Below are positions 60,818 to 64,000 of a stretch of 64,000 bases of DNA, one piece after another (positions within the stretch are counted from its first letter, which is position 1; each line of letters opens with the position of its first letter). The stretch lies in NCBI GenBank assembly GCA_963801815.1, contig CAWDGJ010000007.1, forward strand, positions 128,001-192,000, written 5' to 3'. Made by a program: the position numbers and the translations under genes. The notes below the pieces were generated by a model. It had not been told where the DNA came from. It did no database searches and saw only the letters and a program-made list of their open reading frames with translations. The DNA is from an uncultured Verrucomicrobiae bacterium. GTDB lineage: Bacteria; Verrucomicrobiota; Verrucomicrobiia; Chthoniobacterales; UBA10450.

Positions 60818-63800
60818 ATGCCACGAAAAAAGGCCGAAGCGCGTGAGAACTCTGTTTCTTTGCACATTGCGTCTTCGTTCCCGTCGGCCTGGGATGATGT
60901 GCTTCTGCCATGGTTCAAGCACGTCTCGCTCGCATCGGTAGTGAGTGGGCAGCCGATCGCTGTAATCACTCCGTTCCCGAGTAGTGCTTCGTTCTTGCGC
61001 GCTCGTTTGATTGAACAAGGCATCCCTCTGCTTGGGGTAAGGTTTTTAGCGCCGCCGCAGCTTCGGGAAGTCCTTCTGGCCGGCAGTGCAGACGCGTTAC
61101 CTTTACGCGAACATCTGCGATTGCTCCTTGCATTGGCGGCCGAATCAACGGCCGCCAATTCCCAAGATGCCGATCTCAGCGCAATCGCGAGATCGATCGC
61201 CCACGCTCCGGACAATTTACTTCGTGTTTTTGATCAGATAAGCGCGTCCGGGTGGGACTTTGACCGTGTCGGGCCACCAGCCGCACGAGAAATCATAAAA
61301 CGATTTTGGGAGCTTGTTCGGGATTGCGGCTTTCAAATGATCCACGACGCCGACCGCACGGCAGTGGAAACAGCCCAGAGCGCGCCGCCCAGACTCGGTG
61401 AAATTCTGGTGATTGGATTCACTGCGGCTCACTGGCCGCTCCTGCCATTGCTTGAGGCCGCCGCTCTTTCCGCGAGGAAAGCGACGGTTGTTCTCGAATA
61501 TCCGCGCGAACAAACTCGCGCCGCGGACGAATTGTGGATCGGCACGTGGGAACAAAGGTTCAAAGCCGCCGATCAAATCGCCGAAGAATCTGAGCGCACA
61601 CGACCGTTTGCTGGTCTCATTCGACCAGACATCGGAGCAGCGGATTTTCCAAACCGCGAACACGTGCATTTTCTGGTCGGCCTCAACGCAACTGAACAAG
61701 TGCAGGCCATCTCAGCGATTGCTTTAGAATTCCTTCAGAACAAATCGTGCATGCGTCTCGGAATTTTGTTTCCGCGAGCCGGTGCATTGCCGCGACTCGT
61801 TTCAGATTCGCTGACTCGCGCTGGAATTCCGCACCACGATGCGATCGGACACCTGACTCTAGGCGATTTCGAACAGCCAGCGTGGCGCGCCTGGCTTCAA
61901 ATGCAGGAAAATCATCAACTCGAATCAGTCCTCCGGTTTTTGGAGACGAACCCGGAATCGTTGAGTGGATTGCTGATCGAAGAAGTGCGAAAAACTCTGC
62001 GCCGCGCCTACCGAGACATTCTGATCGACGACATCAACGTTCTCGGCGCCTACTGCGAACGTCAGACAGAAAAAGAAGTTCTCGTTCAAGCCGGGAAATT
62101 GCTTCGGAACCTGAAATTTCTCCCGGCGCGATCGACTTTGAGAAACTTTCTCGCCGAGACGGAAAAGATCTTTTCCAAAATGAAATGGAAGAATCGTTGG
62201 ATCGAGATCAGTCAGTTTTCCCAGAAATGGAGTGACGCGCTTCCGGGTAAGTTTTCGCGTTCGATCTACCTGCGGTGGCTTACGGAGATTTCAAATTCAT
62301 TTTCGACCGCGCGCGCTCCAAACGGTAATCATCCCTACAGCCGCGTTCACCTCCTTTCCTATGCCGATGCTGAGGCGCACGAATGGTCGTATCTCATTCT
62401 GGCGGGTTTAAACCAGGGCGAATGGCCACAGGCGCAACGCGAGTCTGGATTTCTGCCCGACGACCAAATCACCGAACTAAACGCGCGCGCCACGCGAAGC
62501 GGGCGGCAAGGCGAAGGACACGCTGTTCTTGAAAAGGGAAAAACGTTTTTGCTGGGTGCTCAGGACGAACGCAGAGTCGCCCTTCGTCAATTCGCCGCGG
62601 CGCTTGAGTCCGTCGAACACGGCTTGGCGATCACTGCCAGCCTCCTCCAGGAATCCGCGCCAGAGCGCTTGTGGAATCCGAGTGAGCTCTTCAGCCAGAT
62701 TTATTTCGCAACCGAGAAAACACCGCTCTCGCAGCAAACAATGTCGATGCTGCGCGAGCAAACGCGCGCCTGGTTGATCGATCATGATTCTGCGCGGCCG
62801 GCTAGATCAAAGAATCCGGACGTCCACCAAACTCGTATCGCCTACGACGCGCGGCATAAAGGCGACGTGAAATTCGGCGAATACGAGTTCGCACTTCGCG
62901 AGTCGATCGATCGGGAAATCACGCTGCGCACAACCGAATGGGACAAAGTAGTGAAGACGCCGGCCCTGATTTGGCTGAAAAAATATCTCGACGTCGAAAA
63001 CGAGGAGCCTGACCTGAATCAGTGGAATGTAGCTACGGGAATCTGGGTCCACGATTGGCTGGCCAGCATTGCTGGCACCAAAAACAAAAACGTCTTTGTC
63101 GACTTTCCGACCCCGAGCGAAACCGTCGAACGAATCTCACAGGCGGCCACCGTATATCGAAAAATGGTTGGTGATCTTTGCGAAGAAGCCGGCAGGCCAG
63201 TGCCCGATTGGTGGACCTCCGGGTGGAGCAACGGATTCGCGCTCGCGGGTTGTCTCGCCAGCAAGCTGGCCGACGTCGAAGGCTGGCCACAATTGGCCCC
63301 GGAATGGAATTTGGATCCAGATCGACCCATCTCCCTAAACGAAACAAACAAGCTCCGCGTTCGCGGCCGGATCGATCTGATTCTCGCTAAGAAACGACCT
63401 GACGATTCACAACTCACTGGCGCCAAACTTTGGATCGTTGATTACAAGACAGGGAACGTGAAGTCGCTGGCTGTTTCCGCTAAGACACCGGAAGCCCGCT
63501 CGGCGAGTCTGCGCAAGAAACTCGTGCGCGGAGATGCGATTCAACTCGGTCTCTACGGATTGGCCGCGCGCGAGCTTGGCGCGGCCGACGTCGACCTCAG
63601 CATTCTTTCGCTGCGAACGGAGCTCGATAAACCGCAACTGAAGATCGACGTGCTCACCGAATTCTCCGATTTTTGGAACGAGCTTTACCAGATGCAGGAA
63701 AAGGGTGTGTTCGGGTTGCGCGGCGCGATTCGAAACGAATTCGGTTTTACCCCCGATTATCCACTGGCCACGTTGCCGATCGATAAGGAGTTCCTGGACG

Positions 63801-63853
63801 AGAAGTGGGTAATTACTCACCCGCCATTCGCGGATGATGAGGAGGGATGGTGA
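60818..63853 (+). CDS. AddB-like inactive-helicase / PD-(D/E)XK nuclease subunit
   Basis: LILAGLNQGEWP, C-terminal RGRIDL, VDYKTG, QLGLY; directly upstream of a UvrD-like gene. Confidence 0.8.
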   Translation: MPRKKAEARENSVSLHIASSFPSAWDDVLLPWFKHVSLASVVSGQPIAVITPFPSSASFLRARLIEQGIPLLGVRFLAPPQLREVLLAGSADALPLREHLRLLLALAAESTAANSQDADLSAIARSIAHAPDNLLRVFDQISASGWDFDRVGPPAAREIIKRFWELVRDCGFQMIHDADRTAVETAQSAPPRLGEILVIGFTAAHWPLLPLLEAAALSARKATVVLEYPREQTRAADELWIGTWEQRFKAADQIAEESERTRPFAGLIRPDIGAADFPNREHVHFLVGLNATEQVQAISAIALEFLQNKSCMRLGILFPRAGALPRLVSDSLTRAGIPHHDAIGHLTLGDFEQPAWRAWLQMQENHQLESVLRFLETNPESLSGLLIEEVRKTLRRAYRDILIDDINVLGAYCERQTEKEVLVQAGKLLRNLKFLPARSTLRNFLAETEKIFSKMKWKNRWIEISQFSQKWSDALPGKFSRSIYLRWLTEISNSFSTARAPNGNHPYSRVHLLSYADAEAHEWSYLILAGLNQGEWPQAQRESGFLPDDQITELNARATRSGRQGEGHAVLEKGKTFLLGAQDERRVALRQFAAALESVEHGLAITASLLQESAPERLWNPSELFSQIYFATEKTPLSQQTMSMLREQTRAWLIDHDSARPARSKNPDVHQTRIAYDARHKGDVKFGEYEFALRESIDREITLRTTEWDKVVKTPALIWLKKYLDVENEEPDLNQWNVATGIWVHDWLASIAGTKNKNVFVDFPTPSETVERISQAATVYRKMVGDLCEEAGRPVPDWWTSGWSNGFALAGCLASKLADVEGWPQLAPEWNLDPDRPISLNETNKLRVRGRIDLILAKKRPDDSQLTGAKLWIVDYKTGNVKSLAVSAKTPEARSASLRKKLVRGDAIQLGLYGLAARELGAADVDLSILSLRTELDKPQLKIDVLTEFSDFWNELYQMQEKGVFGLRGAIRNEFGFTPDYPLATLPIDKEFLDEKWVITHPPFADDEEGW

Positions 63854-64000
63854 ACAAGCCGATCGATCAACCTGACCGCGAGCGTTTCGTTTCGGAACTG
63901 GACAGAAATTTCTCCGTCGTCGCCGCCGCGGGATCGGGTAAGACGCGCGCGATCACGGATCGAATTGTCGAGATCTCGAGAAGTTCGCATGCATGCGACT
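63847..64000 (+). CDS. AddA/UvrD-family helicase, 5' fragment running off the window
   Basis: MVNKPIDQPDRERFVSELDRNFSVVAAAGSGKTRAITDRI with Walker A; overlaps the upstream stop. Confidence 0.82.
   Translation, partial: MVNKPIDQPDRERFVSELDRNFSVVAAAGSGKTRAITDRIVEISRSSHACD

Noticed and set aside
60818..63853. Nuclease-helicase pair as an anti-phage defence system
   Set aside because: Domain order and motifs fit the housekeeping AddB-AddA pair; there is no defence-island context.

Overview
Bacterial chromosomal window, moderately GC-rich. Gene content and repeat style suggest a soil Verrucomicrobiota (Chthoniobacterales-like) genome; this is inference, not a database result. Left part: cdaA (partial), folP, YbhB, rnr, a PUR-domain protein, ppdK and a DUF1801 protein. 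A ~23 kb Wzy-dependent exopolysaccharide locus follows (O-antigen-ligase/TPR protein, WcaJ-like transferase, about ten glycosyltransferases, two acetyltransferases, wzy, wzx, wzc, a short OPX and an outer-membrane beta-barrel). Middle part: a hybrid PAS kinase, an internally deleted ilvA, gcvP, an L,D-transpeptidase, a GT-C/FAD-oxidoreductase pair, an atypical glgA, a large Asp-Glu-Ser subtilase, and cca, lspA, ileS. Right part: a CusRS/CzcRS-like two-component system, then an ATTAC-N6-GTAAT box and a His-rich putative beta-barrel gene. Next is a complete selenocysteine operon that the ORF track partly misses: a CxxU Rdx selenoprotein, tRNA-Sec with a 12-bp acceptor/T branch, Sec-containing selD, selA and selB. 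Both UGA codons are followed by hairpins with the same AGUUU loop. addB and the start of addA close the window. Small GTAG-type REP-like palindromes and 7/8-mer repeats are scattered throughout, some inside genes in frame and one interrupted by a 68-bp insert with a 5-bp target duplication. Many genes between 5 and 31 kb carry single-base frameshifts, most likely assembly errors.
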